In this document: in pieces, positions 37,619 through 47,223 of the stretch
Numbering within the stretch: position 1 is the stretch's first letter
Layout of the letters: the number at the start of each line of letters is the position of its first letter
Virus record (IMG/VR): IMGVR_UViG_3300037339_000380
Span: 2,844-66,843 of that record
Length of the DNA: 64,000 nt
From: a virus
Strand: one strand, 5' to 3'
Translations under genes and position numbers: made by a program
Notes under the pieces: model-generated
The model's database searches: none
Told to the model about the DNA's origin: nothing
What the model saw: only the letters and a program-made list of their open reading frames with translations

Positions 37619-38196
37619 TTTATACGTGCGTTTTTTCTGATTATTTCAATAATGTTTGCTTGTTGTTTCATAAGTGCCATTTCAAACCATTTAGGACCTG
37701 ACTTCTTTCTTTTAAATCCCTTTCTGGTTTCAGGATCATAAGCTCCAGAACCAACCATTTCATGAACATAAACTGCATAAGGACAAGAATACCCCATAAA
37801 TAAGAAGGGTCCTTTGTTGATTGTTGAAAGTGCCCAAGATCTCATTCTCATTTCCTTAAGCATTGCTGAATGTTTGGCAGAAAGTTCACCTGCTCTAGGT
37901 CCCGTAAAGGATGCCGTACCTCCATCTGCAGTATGTTGCTTTCCACCACCACTTGACATTTTACCTGATGACAATACTACAAACCAACTATGTCTTAAGT
38001 TACCAGTATTGACAGGAACTCTTACTGTACCATGTTCCGTTTCATTATGTACAAGAGCCGCGGCTTTGATCATCCCTGTCATAGTTCTACCCTTAACTTT
38101 CTCAATTTCAGTATTGATTTTAATCATAACATTCCTAATCCCACTTATAGGAGAACTACCACGTGTTCCAATAAATTGTGTTCCAAACTGTTCCAT
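37615..38196 (-). CDS. HK97 gp10-like neck/tail completion protein
   Basis: VPVNTGNLRHS and YAVYVHE. Confidence 0.8.
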   Translation of the reverse strand: MEQFGTQFIGTRGSSPISGIRNVMIKINTEIEKVKGRTMTGMIKAAALVHNETEHGTVRVPVNTGNLRHSWFVVLSSGKMSSGGGKQHTADGGTASFTGPRAGELSAKHSAMLKEMRMRSWALSTINKGPFLFMGYSCPYAVYVHEMVGSGAYDPETRKGFKRKKSGPKWFEMALMKQQANIIEIIRKNARIK

Positions 38197-38197
38197 C

Positions 38198-38587
38198 TTA
38201 TCGGTATTGCCACAATGTCAAATAAGCCTTTCTTAAAAATACTGTCTCTGATCTCAACGCAGGAAGTTTTTCAAACTGTTTTATTGCATAAGCATCATCC
38301 ATAACTTCTGGTTCGTAATAAGCATCACTGCTTATATCATCCAACGTTCCCAAAAATAAACAACCATCCTTATCAAGATCTTGAGTAACATAAATCACAC
38401 CAATATACTCAATAATGTTTCCCTTGGCATCCCACGTTTTTAATATCTGACCCTTACCTTCCCAACGACATTTGATTTCCACAGGAGCATCATAGGAGTT
38501 TTTACCCATCCCATTATCTACTGGATTACCCCAATAGACGGCAGTTTGGGTACAACTGTTTATTAAAAATTGATCAAGGCTACTCAT
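38198..38587 (-). CDS. Head closure (stopper) protein
   Basis: QTAVYW.....G.G...Y..PVEI.CRWE; likely start is ATG 38587. Confidence 0.75.
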   Translation of the reverse strand: MSSLDQFLINSCTQTAVYWGNPVDNGMGKNSYDAPVEIKCRWEGKGQILKTWDAKGNIIEYIGVIYVTQDLDKDGCLFLGTLDDISSDAYYEPEVMDDAYAIKQFEKLPALRSETVFLRKAYLTLWQYR

Positions 38588-38966
38588 CGGTATTGTCAAA
38601 TTGAGGTATTGCATAAATAGTTGCTGACTTCTTACCAGACAGTGCTAACTTACCTGTCGTGTCTAATTGCAATAACATCTGCCCGTAAGGAGTTGAATTA
38701 AATCCAGTTCCTAACTTATCACTGTATGATACCTCAGCTTCACCAATTCTTTCTTTCGTAGTTGTACGATAGTGAATACTGGCAATCATATGAGCAGTTA
38801 ACCACTTTGTAAGTTCTGTTTTCAAAGTGACTGTTACCGTAGTATCTAGACTGAAAACACTATTTATAAAGTTTTCAGACGCTATGATGTATGGAGTAAT
38901 CTGATCACTGGTCAGAGTACAACCACTCATTATTTCTAATACTTCATCACTTGTCAAGCATGCCAT
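38580..38966 (-). CDS. Head-tail adaptor protein
   Basis: WLTAHMIA, E.IGEA.VSY and STPYGQ..L.LD..G.L; AGGAGG RBS. Confidence 0.8.
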   Translation of the reverse strand: MACLTSDEVLEIMSGCTLTSDQITPYIIASENFINSVFSLDTTVTVTLKTELTKWLTAHMIASIHYRTTTKERIGEAEVSYSDKLGTGFNSTPYGQMLLQLDTTGKLALSGKKSATIYAIPQFDNTDE

Positions 38967-39621
38967 ATAACCTCCTTTTGCTTTTAATTAATAAAGGATC
39001 AATTTTTTCAATTATATTTGAATCCCATTCAAGACCTAACCATTTTACTGTTTCTTCTATTTGCTGATAGTCATCATAGACCATACGTTCAGGCCAAACA
39101 ACTTTACAATTAACACCTGATTCAATCATGTCTACAAAAGTCTTTTCATATTGATGTATCCACCACTTCCAACCATCAGCCTCAGAAGCCACACCAATGA
39201 GTCTTTGATTACTTACACTCTTGAACATCCTCATATACCCTGTTTTCATACAGGACTGAACTATATCACCTGTACGCCTACGTACAATAATCCATTTAGC
39301 ATTTGGATACAACTCATTCCAAATAGGCCATGTCTGAGCCAGTTTAGAATTCTTACACATCCATAAACCATTTACGTGTCCCTCCATATTGAGGATAGTT
39401 TCAATCTTATCTTTCCAATTATCTGGAACTTTTACTTTCCTAGGATTGGTAAATAAACCATTTCTATAATCTCTCAATAAAGAATTCATTGCTACATTGA
39501 TGTAACAATTTTCATACATAGATGACACAGTTCCCGTAAATACACCAGACATAGAAAGTACTCTGGCTACCAAAGCACTGCCTGATCTTTCTACGCCTGT
39601 TATGAATACGGGTTCTCTCAT
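38947..39621 (-). CDS. Sulfotransferase family protein
   Basis: PVFITGVERSGSAL (5'-PSB loop) and AKWIIVRR...DIVQS (3'-PB). Confidence 0.8.
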   Translation of the reverse strand: MREPVFITGVERSGSALVARVLSMSGVFTGTVSSMYENCYINVAMNSLLRDYRNGLFTNPRKVKVPDNWKDKIETILNMEGHVNGLWMCKNSKLAQTWPIWNELYPNAKWIIVRRRTGDIVQSCMKTGYMRMFKSVSNQRLIGVASEADGWKWWIHQYEKTFVDMIESGVNCKVVWPERMVYDDYQQIEETVKWLGLEWDSNIIEKIDPLLIKSKRRLYGMLDK

Positions 39622-40343
39622 GATTTATAATTCATATAATAAATAAAATCATCACCAATCCATTCCTTTAACTTACTCATATCAGGATCTGGTACTAATT
39701 GAAGTCCTGGTCTATGTCCCATTCCTATCCCACCACGACCAGGAAGCCCTTTTATACCTATCGCTAAATTTTCACCACTAAACAATCCCATCTTTTCAAA
39801 AGGTATATTACTTCTCTTGAATAATGTCATATCAATAAACCTGGCTTTCTTAGTACAAATCCCTTCCATCTTTTCCAAAAGCAATGGTGAAAATGCAGTC
39901 TGAAACAAACTGGAGTGAATTGTATTCCCATTAAGGAAATACCCTCTAAGAACTGGATTATAATAAATAGAGTATTGTTCCCCTATGACAAGGTATGAAT
40001 TTAACTTGCTTAACATCACCCTTAAATACCTTGGTGTGTAATAATCATCATCCTCTATTATAAAAACTAAATCAATGTTATCATACTGCTTTACAACTTT
40101 AAGTCCCTCCAATATATTAGAACATTGTGTAATAGCCCCACTCCTCCATTTAGCTTTTGGATACACCTTTATTATCTTCCAACCTTTACGAAAATCCTCA
40201 GGTATAAATTCAGTAGAAGCAGGATTCCCATCATCTACAATCACCCAAAGAACATCCCCTTCATAATCCTGATGTTTCATAAAGTCAACGCAAAGTTGAA
40301 TTTGCTTTGGACGTGCTCCGGTTGGTGTTATAAGTGCTATCAT
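39618..40343 (-). CDS. GT-A (GT2-like) glycosyltransferase
   Basis: LITPT..RP, WVIVDDG and IIEDDDYY. Confidence 0.85.
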   Translation of the reverse strand: MIALITPTGARPKQIQLCVDFMKHQDYEGDVLWVIVDDGNPASTEFIPEDFRKGWKIIKVYPKAKWRSGAITQCSNILEGLKVVKQYDNIDLVFIIEDDDYYTPRYLRVMLSKLNSYLVIGEQYSIYYNPVLRGYFLNGNTIHSSLFQTAFSPLLLEKMEGICTKKARFIDMTLFKRSNIPFEKMGLFSGENLAIGIKGLPGRGGIGMGHRPGLQLVPDPDMSKLKEWIGDDFIYYMNYKS

Positions 40344-41167
40344 TATTTCTTAAAATTTTTTTGTTCCTTCAACTGCTGTACGATATTAGGAGGTGTGTCA
40401 AATGTAGTATATATTGAATTTAAAGTTCTATCTACCTTATCTGGTACTGTTATATCTTCAACTATGACGTTATTAGGATTACCATACACATTAAGAATAG
40501 CCCTAACTAATTGAGCCTTCGTTACTACCTCCCCAAAATAATGACGTACTCCCCCCCAAAATGTATTATTTACAATCACATGCTCCATTTCCTTGGCTAA
40601 CTGTAGACAAGTAACTCCATTCCAATAATGATTGTTGTATCCATTAATATTCTCCTTTTGATCAAGAACCCATTCTATCAAAGATTTTTTGAAAGAACCC
40701 CCACCAATTACTGAAGTCCTAATTACAGAACATGAAGAAGGTTCCCCAGCAACTTTTGATATTCCATAAATATCCTCTGGATCAGGAATATCCTCTTCTG
40801 TGTAATTTCCTTTCTTACCTGAAAAACAACAATCTGTACTTACATGAATGAAATTCAAATAATGATATCTACAATAATCATTTAAAACATGAGGAAATAC
40901 AGAATTGATTTTTATTGCTTTAATAGAATCATTATCCGTAATTTTCTGTTTGATAAGACCTATACAATTAATTACAGTATCTCCTATATAAGCTCCCCCT
41001 TTAAGACTAAAGCAAGTTTCCAACTTGGTAAGATCAACATCCTCAGCCTCTATCCCTTTCATTTTATTGCTATGATTAATTTCATGAACTTTATACCCCT
41101 TCGTTTTAAAGTAAGAAGCCACATAACCACCCAACATTCCTGTACTGCCTAATATAAATATTTTCAT
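40343..41167 (-). CDS. rmlD: dTDP-4-dehydrorhamnose reductase-like SDR
   Basis: ILGSTGMLG, INCIG and HVSTDCCFSG.KG.Y.E.D.P.P...YG.SK. Confidence 0.88.
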   Translation of the reverse strand: MKIFILGSTGMLGGYVASYFKTKGYKVHEINHSNKMKGIEAEDVDLTKLETCFSLKGGAYIGDTVINCIGLIKQKITDNDSIKAIKINSVFPHVLNDYCRYHYLNFIHVSTDCCFSGKKGNYTEEDIPDPEDIYGISKVAGEPSSCSVIRTSVIGGGSFKKSLIEWVLDQKENINGYNNHYWNGVTCLQLAKEMEHVIVNNTFWGGVRHYFGEVVTKAQLVRAILNVYGNPNNVIVEDITVPDKVDRTLNSIYTTFDTPPNIVQQLKEQKNFKK

Positions 41168-41925
41168 TTTAAGTATTTTTCACCTTCATCAAAATGGTAC
41201 ACTATTGAATCATTAGAAGTAATATGCTTTATTCCTAACTGAGATAACCTTCTATAAAAATAAGTATCTCCAGTATATTTTATTTTTTCATATCTTCCAT
41301 TATGTAAATTACCTTCAGGAAAATAACCAACCTTTTCCACATTCTCTTTATACACCATTGCTGGGAAAAAAGCATTTCCTTCTGTAATAGTATTTGCTTT
41401 GATATGTCCCACTCTACTTTGAAAAGCTACTTCATTAAAAGTATCTGGACCTGTACCAAAGTTTTCCACCAAACAACGTGTATAATTTATGGGATTTCTA
41501 AACCTTGCCAAAGGCTGAATTATCCTGGGGGATACAATAGTATTTAGAGCTAACCTCTTTTTAAGATTAGGAAGCCAATCAGGAGAGAAACAGTTATCAC
41601 TGTTAACCCACACTACCACTGGATTTTTAGCCTGTTGAATACCATAATTATACCCCATATAAACTCTACCACAATACTCTGGTCCAGCAAAACCTTTTTC
41701 AAATCTTTCAGCATCAGAATAATGAGTATTATTTTTTATATAGTGAGGGTATTCCTTTTCTTTCAAAAAATTGAGTACCTCTTTTGTAGCGTCATTTGCT
41801 ACAAAGAAAAACTCAGCCATACTATCCTGAATCTCAGGAGTATATTTCATGACACTATTATACACAAATTCAGCGTATTTAGTGGATTGAAAAATTAATG
41901 ATAATATGGAAACCTTATCATTCAT
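41164..41925 (-). CDS. GT2-like glycosyltransferase
   Basis: VANDAT, YN.G, VWVNSDNCFSPDWL and GD..F...IVYH. Confidence 0.8.
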   Translation of the reverse strand: MNDKVSILSLIFQSTKYAEFVYNSVMKYTPEIQDSMAEFFFVANDATKEVLNFLKEKEYPHYIKNNTHYSDAERFEKGFAGPEYCGRVYMGYNYGIQQAKNPVVVWVNSDNCFSPDWLPNLKKRLALNTIVSPRIIQPLARFRNPINYTRCLVENFGTGPDTFNEVAFQSRVGHIKANTITEGNAFFPAMVYKENVEKVGYFPEGNLHNGRYEKIKYTGDTYFYRRLSQLGIKHITSNDSIVYHFDEGEKYLK

Positions 41926-42754
41926 TTATTACTTGATTAATATAATTTCTATACAAGTCTACACAAGTCTTACGATCCCATTTCTTTTCAAATATCTTCT
42001 CTCTTGGATTATCTCCTGCTTCAAAATCTTTTTCAATATCAACTATTTTCCTTTGTTTCAAATTACAAGACATCCCTTCGTATTCAATAATATAATACGG
42101 ATGAAGAATACTGGCAGAGAGTTGAAAATCTGCACAATTCATAAGTTCAGGCATTTGCTTTTGAGGGATATTATAAAATTGTTGCCCGTTAATTTCTAAC
42201 TTTGCAATATCTGTATACCAAACTATAATCCAATAAATATTTGGATTATCCTTAGCATATTGAATCATATTCTGGGATCCCTTCATAGGATGAGTGGTAC
42301 CACACCAAAATCCAATTTCCCTATCAAGAGGTATATTGTATTTCTTTTTCATTGCTAATCTTTCATCCTCTGAATATGGACGAAATAAATCAGTATCTAC
42401 ACCAACCGGAAGAATATCCACCTTACCAAATTTAGAATAATCCTTTCTCATAAACTCACTGGTAATCAAACGATGTGTGCATGAAGCCGCTGCTTGCTCT
42501 GCTCTGCGTATCAACTTATCCCAAACATGATCATTAAACACTCTTTTCAATTCCGGTAAAAGTTCCCAACATAAAGCAATAGATTTCGCTGGATGAGTAT
42601 TGATCCCTCCCATTGTGGAATACCTTAACACAACATCCCCCTTCTTATATAGGGCAGGAAGTCTATGAGAGGTAGGGGAAAAGTTTCTTTCAAACCATTC
42701 CCACCAAGTATCCACACCTGGGTATAAATAAACTTTTGGAGAGAGATAAATCAT
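41918..42754 (-). CDS. GT-B (GT4-like) glycosyltransferase
   Basis: ILPVGVDTDLFRP, HPMKG, MPELMNCADF and YEGMSCN. Confidence 0.82.
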   Translation of the reverse strand: MIYLSPKVYLYPGVDTWWEWFERNFSPTSHRLPALYKKGDVVLRYSTMGGINTHPAKSIALCWELLPELKRVFNDHVWDKLIRRAEQAAASCTHRLITSEFMRKDYSKFGKVDILPVGVDTDLFRPYSEDERLAMKKKYNIPLDREIGFWCGTTHPMKGSQNMIQYAKDNPNIYWIIVWYTDIAKLEINGQQFYNIPQKQMPELMNCADFQLSASILHPYYIIEYEGMSCNLKQRKIVDIEKDFEAGDNPREKIFEKKWDRKTCVDLYRNYINQVINE

Positions 42755-44064
42755 AACATCAATCGTTTAGCATAAGCAAACCCATCCTTAATATTTTCCA
42801 TCATAGAGGAATATTCCCAATTACCATATCTACCTAAAGAAGTAATTCCATATAAGTTAAGAAAATCATGACAACTACCCACTGTATTTTTAGTTTCCTT
42901 CGTAAAGATAACATAGGCAGGATCAATTTCCCAAATATATTTTGCTACAATTTGTTTTATGTCTTTGATTGCCCCAACCTCTACCAGTGATTTTTCAATT
43001 GATTTAAGTATCTCAGATTCATTATAAGGTGTGTCATTAGGATGCTTATATTCAACTAATAATCCATACCCATCATCCGGGGAACCATAAGGATCAAATT
43101 CTGTAGTAAAAACTAATTTATTGAAAGGAATTTTAGGATCAGCATAATAATGGTAATGTCCTGTATTTTTTAACCTCTCTCCTTTTATTGCAAATGCTAA
43201 TGATAACATAGTGGTCCACCGAAGTTTTTTCACTTTACGCATAAGTAAATGAGGAACATCCATACATACCTCCATTAACCTTGGAAGAGGAATTGTAGAA
43301 AGACAATTTTTATATTTATATGCATTAATAAAACCAAGGTGATTTACAAAAACAAGTCTGTTCATTGGATCTATTTTAATCACCTCAGATACAAGATTTA
43401 GATTTGAAACATTCTCTGCCAATATTTTAGTGATAAGACCAATACCTCTAACAGGATATCCTTTTTCAGGCCTAGGATAAAATCCATTGGTATTGAACCT
43501 ACCTCTTGTAATATTAGGAGAAGTGTACCCCTCTATTACTTCACTCATAGTAGGTTGTTGAATATTCCAAATCTGACCTGGCGCAACTATTTTATCCAAA
43601 GGGAACTTCCAACACTTTTCATTATATGGTATAAAAAACAATTCACACATTTTCTTACCAAACGTATTTTCAAGAAATGTTTTATAATTACTTTTGTCCT
43701 TATTTTCAAGATAATATACTTCTTTAAAATCATCAAGGCATTGAGCCTTAGCCAATTTGTTCAACCCTCCTATGTTCAATTGGAAAGGATAACGTACTAT
43801 TCCCTCTGATGTATTGACCCATACCACAAGAGGGAAATGTTTTAAATATTTTCCAAAGAGAGGCATTAATTTTGAATGAATATTTTCATCATTTAACATT
43901 AAAAAATGAACAGATTTGTCAAACCAATACCCTCCAAAATTCTTAGATCTAGCAAGTCCACCTGGAACAGATTCCTTTTCAAAAATCATAGCTTTCTCTT
44001 GCAATTCAAGTCCTGCACTTAATCCAGTTATACCTGCTCCTATTATGATAGTTTCTACATTCAT
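42751..44064 (-). CDS. FAD-dependent oxidoreductase (UDP-galactopyranose mutase / HemY-like)
   Basis: IIIGAGITGLSA...EKE..PGGLARS, STIPL and GRYGNWEY; likely start is ATG 44064. Confidence 0.82.
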   Translation of the reverse strand: MNVETIIIGAGITGLSAGLELQEKAMIFEKESVPGGLARSKNFGGYWFDKSVHFLMLNDENIHSKLMPLFGKYLKHFPLVVWVNTSEGIVRYPFQLNIGGLNKLAKAQCLDDFKEVYYLENKDKSNYKTFLENTFGKKMCELFFIPYNEKCWKFPLDKIVAPGQIWNIQQPTMSEVIEGYTSPNITRGRFNTNGFYPRPEKGYPVRGIGLITKILAENVSNLNLVSEVIKIDPMNRLVFVNHLGFINAYKYKNCLSTIPLPRLMEVCMDVPHLLMRKVKKLRWTTMLSLAFAIKGERLKNTGHYHYYADPKIPFNKLVFTTEFDPYGSPDDGYGLLVEYKHPNDTPYNESEILKSIEKSLVEVGAIKDIKQIVAKYIWEIDPAYVIFTKETKNTVGSCHDFLNLYGITSLGRYGNWEYSSMMENIKDGFAYAKRLML

Positions 44065-44065
44065 A

Positions 44066-44848
44066 CTACAAATCTTTCGTATATAAATGCAAAGCCTTAT
44101 ACTCTTTGTTTTGACGTAAACTCCTCCAAAGGGCTTCATTAACAGCTACAAGTCTAATATCCTCTGGTTTTTCTAAACCATCATAATGCCATTGATGTAT
44201 TACAAAAGGAGCCGGAGGTGCTGTAATCCTTATCTTCAATCCTAAATTCTTTATTTGATGTAAAAGATAAACATCATCAAAAGCAAATCCATTACTAAAT
44301 CTTTCATCAAAACCATTCAACCTTTTCAAATTCTCAGTAAATATGGCTGCACAAAAATGAAATCCTTGAGGACGAAAAGTAGGATGAGTATACCAACCTC
44401 TTTGCCCTGAAACTCTCGTTCTTCTATTATGTTGTCTGATAATTTCAAAAATATCATAATCCTCTTTAAAGGTTGTTTCCTTATCCAAACTGTAACATCC
44501 AAATGCTAGGTACTCATTAAATCTGATATTCATTACAGCATAACTGATAACATCCCCTACATGAATACATTCTGCATTTTGAATAAGAATCAATTCAGGA
44601 TTTAATTCTAAAGCCTTACCAAATCCTTTATTATAAGCAGGAACCATATTAATCCACTTCTTATCCTCCATCTTATAAATATTGATTGGAAAAGGATAAG
44701 AATCAAAATCAAGTTGAAGTTCCTCCACACTGCCATCATCTATTATCACTACCTCATAATCAGTATGCTTTGTATTCCTAAAAGAATTCAAAGTCCTTTT
44801 AAGTTGATACTGACGATTAAGATGTGTTATGACAATTACTACTTTCAT
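44066..44848 (-). CDS. GT2-like glycosyltransferase with GT7-type C-terminus
   Basis: EVVIIDDGS, YNKG, LNGFDERF..G.AFDD and HQWH. Confidence 0.85.
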   Translation of the reverse strand: MKVVIVITHLNRQYQLKRTLNSFRNTKHTDYEVVIIDDGSVEELQLDFDSYPFPINIYKMEDKKWINMVPAYNKGFGKALELNPELILIQNAECIHVGDVISYAVMNIRFNEYLAFGCYSLDKETTFKEDYDIFEIIRQHNRRTRVSGQRGWYTHPTFRPQGFHFCAAIFTENLKRLNGFDERFSNGFAFDDVYLLHQIKNLGLKIRITAPPAPFVIHQWHYDGLEKPEDIRLVAVNEALWRSLRQNKEYKALHLYTKDL

Positions 44849-45492
44849 AAAACCAACCTTTCTTTACCACTTGAACTTCCATTCGCTGTCTTCCAATAAT
44901 ACTGTTCATCTTTTGGTAATAGACTTAAATCCGTATAATACCAAGGTAAATGACGTGCTGTATAAGGACGATTAGTTCTTATAGATTTTCCAACAAAATG
45001 CTGGGAATATTCAGTTCGATACAAAACAAAAGTCGTATCCACAGGAGCATTAAAATACATATTGTCCAAAGGCTTTCTCCAATATGTAGGTTCAGCATGA
45101 CTTCTTATAAAATTACCTTCTACAGAATTAGGTAAATCATTTATTTCTAATGATAACCCACACTTGCGAGCAAATGGATACTTCTCTAATCCCTCTCGCA
45201 TTACAGTAAGAAAATCATCAGGTACTCCAGTAAAATCTAAATCTGGATCCGTTACAATATACATACCTGTAACTCCAAACAAAGTGTTCAAATTCAATGT
45301 ACTTATAACCCTATGTCCTCGATTCTCTGCTAAACGATAAACCTCATATGGACAATTCATATAATATTTCAATAATGGAAGATAATCCGAATGATTGTCA
45401 ATGAAGATAGGTTCTAAACCATGTTTAGCACACCAATCTGCAGTATTCTTAGAAAGGGTCAATCGGTTATAATTTATAATGAAAACCTTCAT
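44845..45492 (-). CDS. GT2-like glycosyltransferase
   Basis: FIINYNR, IDNHS.Y.PL, VTDPD, APVDTTF and ARHLPWY. Confidence 0.75.
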   Translation of the reverse strand: MKVFIINYNRLTLSKNTADWCAKHGLEPIFIDNHSDYLPLLKYYMNCPYEVYRLAENRGHRVISTLNLNTLFGVTGMYIVTDPDLDFTGVPDDFLTVMREGLEKYPFARKCGLSLEINDLPNSVEGNFIRSHAEPTYWRKPLDNMYFNAPVDTTFVLYRTEYSQHFVGKSIRTNRPYTARHLPWYYTDLSLLPKDEQYYWKTANGSSSGKERLVL

Positions 45493-46073
45493 TTTTTAAA
45501 AAGTAATAATACACTATCCCCACAATTTGTTTTGGCACGAAAATCAAATATTTTATAAGGAATGCCTATGTTGTCAAATGCTTGTTTATCCAAATCTATG
45601 TTTTGTACATCTTCTATAATTAGTATCCCTCCCTTGTGAAGTACAGGATAAACTAATTTAATAAAACGTATCTGATCAGACAATGAATGAGAACCATCAT
45701 CAATAGCAATGTCTGGAGAAAAATCCCAAAAGTATGAAGGGGGTAAATCATTTATACTAATAAAATCCAAACGAACCCTATTTGAAGGTTCTATGAAATT
45801 AGATAAAAGATGTTTCCCATTAACACGTCTTATCTTAGGCTTAGGCTTTACTATATCTATTGCTCTAATATAAGCCTTAGGAAAATAACGTTTCCACAAC
45901 TCACAACTTCCTCCATACCAATAACCAACTTCAAAAATGTTAATCACTTTATCACGAAAAGGTAAAAACCATTCCTCGTACTTTTGCAGATACCCATGGG
46001 AAATAGCCTTATCTGTTAAATAACGTACCCCGCAATTATCTAACTCCACTAAAGTCTGCATATGGTTGACCAT
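45489..46073 (-). CDS. SAM-dependent (sugar O-)methyltransferase
   Basis: TDK...H.Y...YE, FEVG...GGS..LW..YFP.A.I..IDI, DIAIDDGSH and GG..IIEDV. Confidence 0.85.
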   Translation of the reverse strand: MVNHMQTLVELDNCGVRYLTDKAISHGYLQKYEEWFLPFRDKVINIFEVGYWYGGSCELWKRYFPKAYIRAIDIVKPKPKIRRVNGKHLLSNFIEPSNRVRLDFISINDLPPSYFWDFSPDIAIDDGSHSLSDQIRFIKLVYPVLHKGGILIIEDVQNIDLDKQAFDNIGIPYKIFDFRAKTNCGDSVLLLFKK

Positions 46074-46794
46074 TACTTGATAAAAACTCCTTTAAAGTGT
46101 ATTTAGGAAAATCCTTGATAGCACTCAAAGGACTCAAATTTATTATTTCAATACCTCTTGCTTTTGCATCCCTTGCTATATAAGGGAATCCGTGCAAATG
46201 TCTTTCAAATGAAAACAAATGAGTAAACCTAACATTGGCTCCCCTTCTGTTTGGATTTGGTGGAGTTGCTGATTTATATAAGTTATGCCAATGTCTACTG
46301 TTACCTTCATTATAATTCATGTCAAATCCCAACAGAATAATTCTTTTTGCTCCCATGTTGGCAGCAACACTTATTGCAGATGAACCACTATTTGAATTCC
46401 AAGATACCATATCACTATTAGTAGTTATTCCAGCTGAATGTTTGGTATCCTTAGCCAAATATTTAACCCAAGGTACCCTTTCTGCACTTGCATGACACGT
46501 TACTTTCAATCCCGGCCAATTTACCAATCTTTCCTTATGTGCGTTAAAAAACTTCAAGTCCCCCCAAAATACCATGTCTATCCAAGTGCCAATCAAGTAC
46601 GAAACATTTATACCAATCACGTGCTTGTCATGTAAGACAGACATATACGGGGAGTATGCACTTGGTGGAGAAATTCCTTTCACCACATTTTCTATAATAG
46701 AATCTGGGATTCCAAACTGTTTAGGAACAGAGGAACCCCCACCAAGTATCCATACATCTCCTTCCTCCCAAAGTAAGGGGACACTCCATTTCAT
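46036..46794 (-). CDS. Maf/DUF115-like (sialyltransferase-fold) putative glycosyltransferase
   Basis: VWILGGGSS, VIGIN and NSG..AI..A..MGAKRIILLGFDM. Confidence 0.7.
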   Translation of the reverse strand: MKWSVPLLWEEGDVWILGGGSSVPKQFGIPDSIIENVVKGISPPSAYSPYMSVLHDKHVIGINVSYLIGTWIDMVFWGDLKFFNAHKERLVNWPGLKVTCHASAERVPWVKYLAKDTKHSAGITTNSDMVSWNSNSGSSAISVAANMGAKRIILLGFDMNYNEGNSRHWHNLYKSATPPNPNRRGANVRFTHLFSFERHLHGFPYIARDAKARGIEIINLSPLSAIKDFPKYTLKEFLSSNGQPYADFSGVR

Positions 46795-47180
46795 CCCTGT
46801 AAGGACTTAAGATAATCATCGACTTGATCTTCACGCAACGCTTTTTCATTAACACGTTTATTCTGTGCGTCAAAAATATCATACCAATTTGTATCAGGAC
46901 GTTGCACTTTGGTATAGAGAGAAACAACCTCTGGTATAATTTCTTCAGCTGGTTTGTCCTCTCCTTTCTTCAAATCATTAATATCAAGAGGAATAATTTG
47001 ATCACGAAAAGCCGAAGGTATTTCATTAATAGATGCCCAAAAGATATCCCCCGGTTTTATGATCCTGTTAGGTAACCTTAAAAACCCACCACCCATCTTT
47101 TTCCATTGAATTTTACCAACGTATGTTGTTGATGGGGATGCTACTTTTACAACAGGTGTTGGTCTTCTTTTACGTTCCAT
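46791..47180 (-). CDS. Hypothetical protein downstream of the major capsid gene
   Basis: Position; C-terminal WYDI.D...K..NEKALR. Confidence 0.7.
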   Translation of the reverse strand: MERKRRPTPVVKVASPSTTYVGKIQWKKMGGGFLRLPNRIIKPGDIFWASINEIPSAFRDQIIPLDINDLKKGEDKPAEEIIPEVVSLYTKVQRPDTNWYDIFDAQNKRVNEKALREDQVDDYLKSLQG

Positions 47181-47192
47181 TTCGTTTAATTT

Positions 47193-47214
47193 AAAAAAAT
47201 GACTTGATTAGTCA
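47193..47214 (-). terminator. Weak terminator/attenuator after the capsid gene
   Basis: TGACT-AATCA-AGTCA hairpin followed by T7. Confidence 0.55.
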
Positions 47215-47223
47215 ATTTATTGT

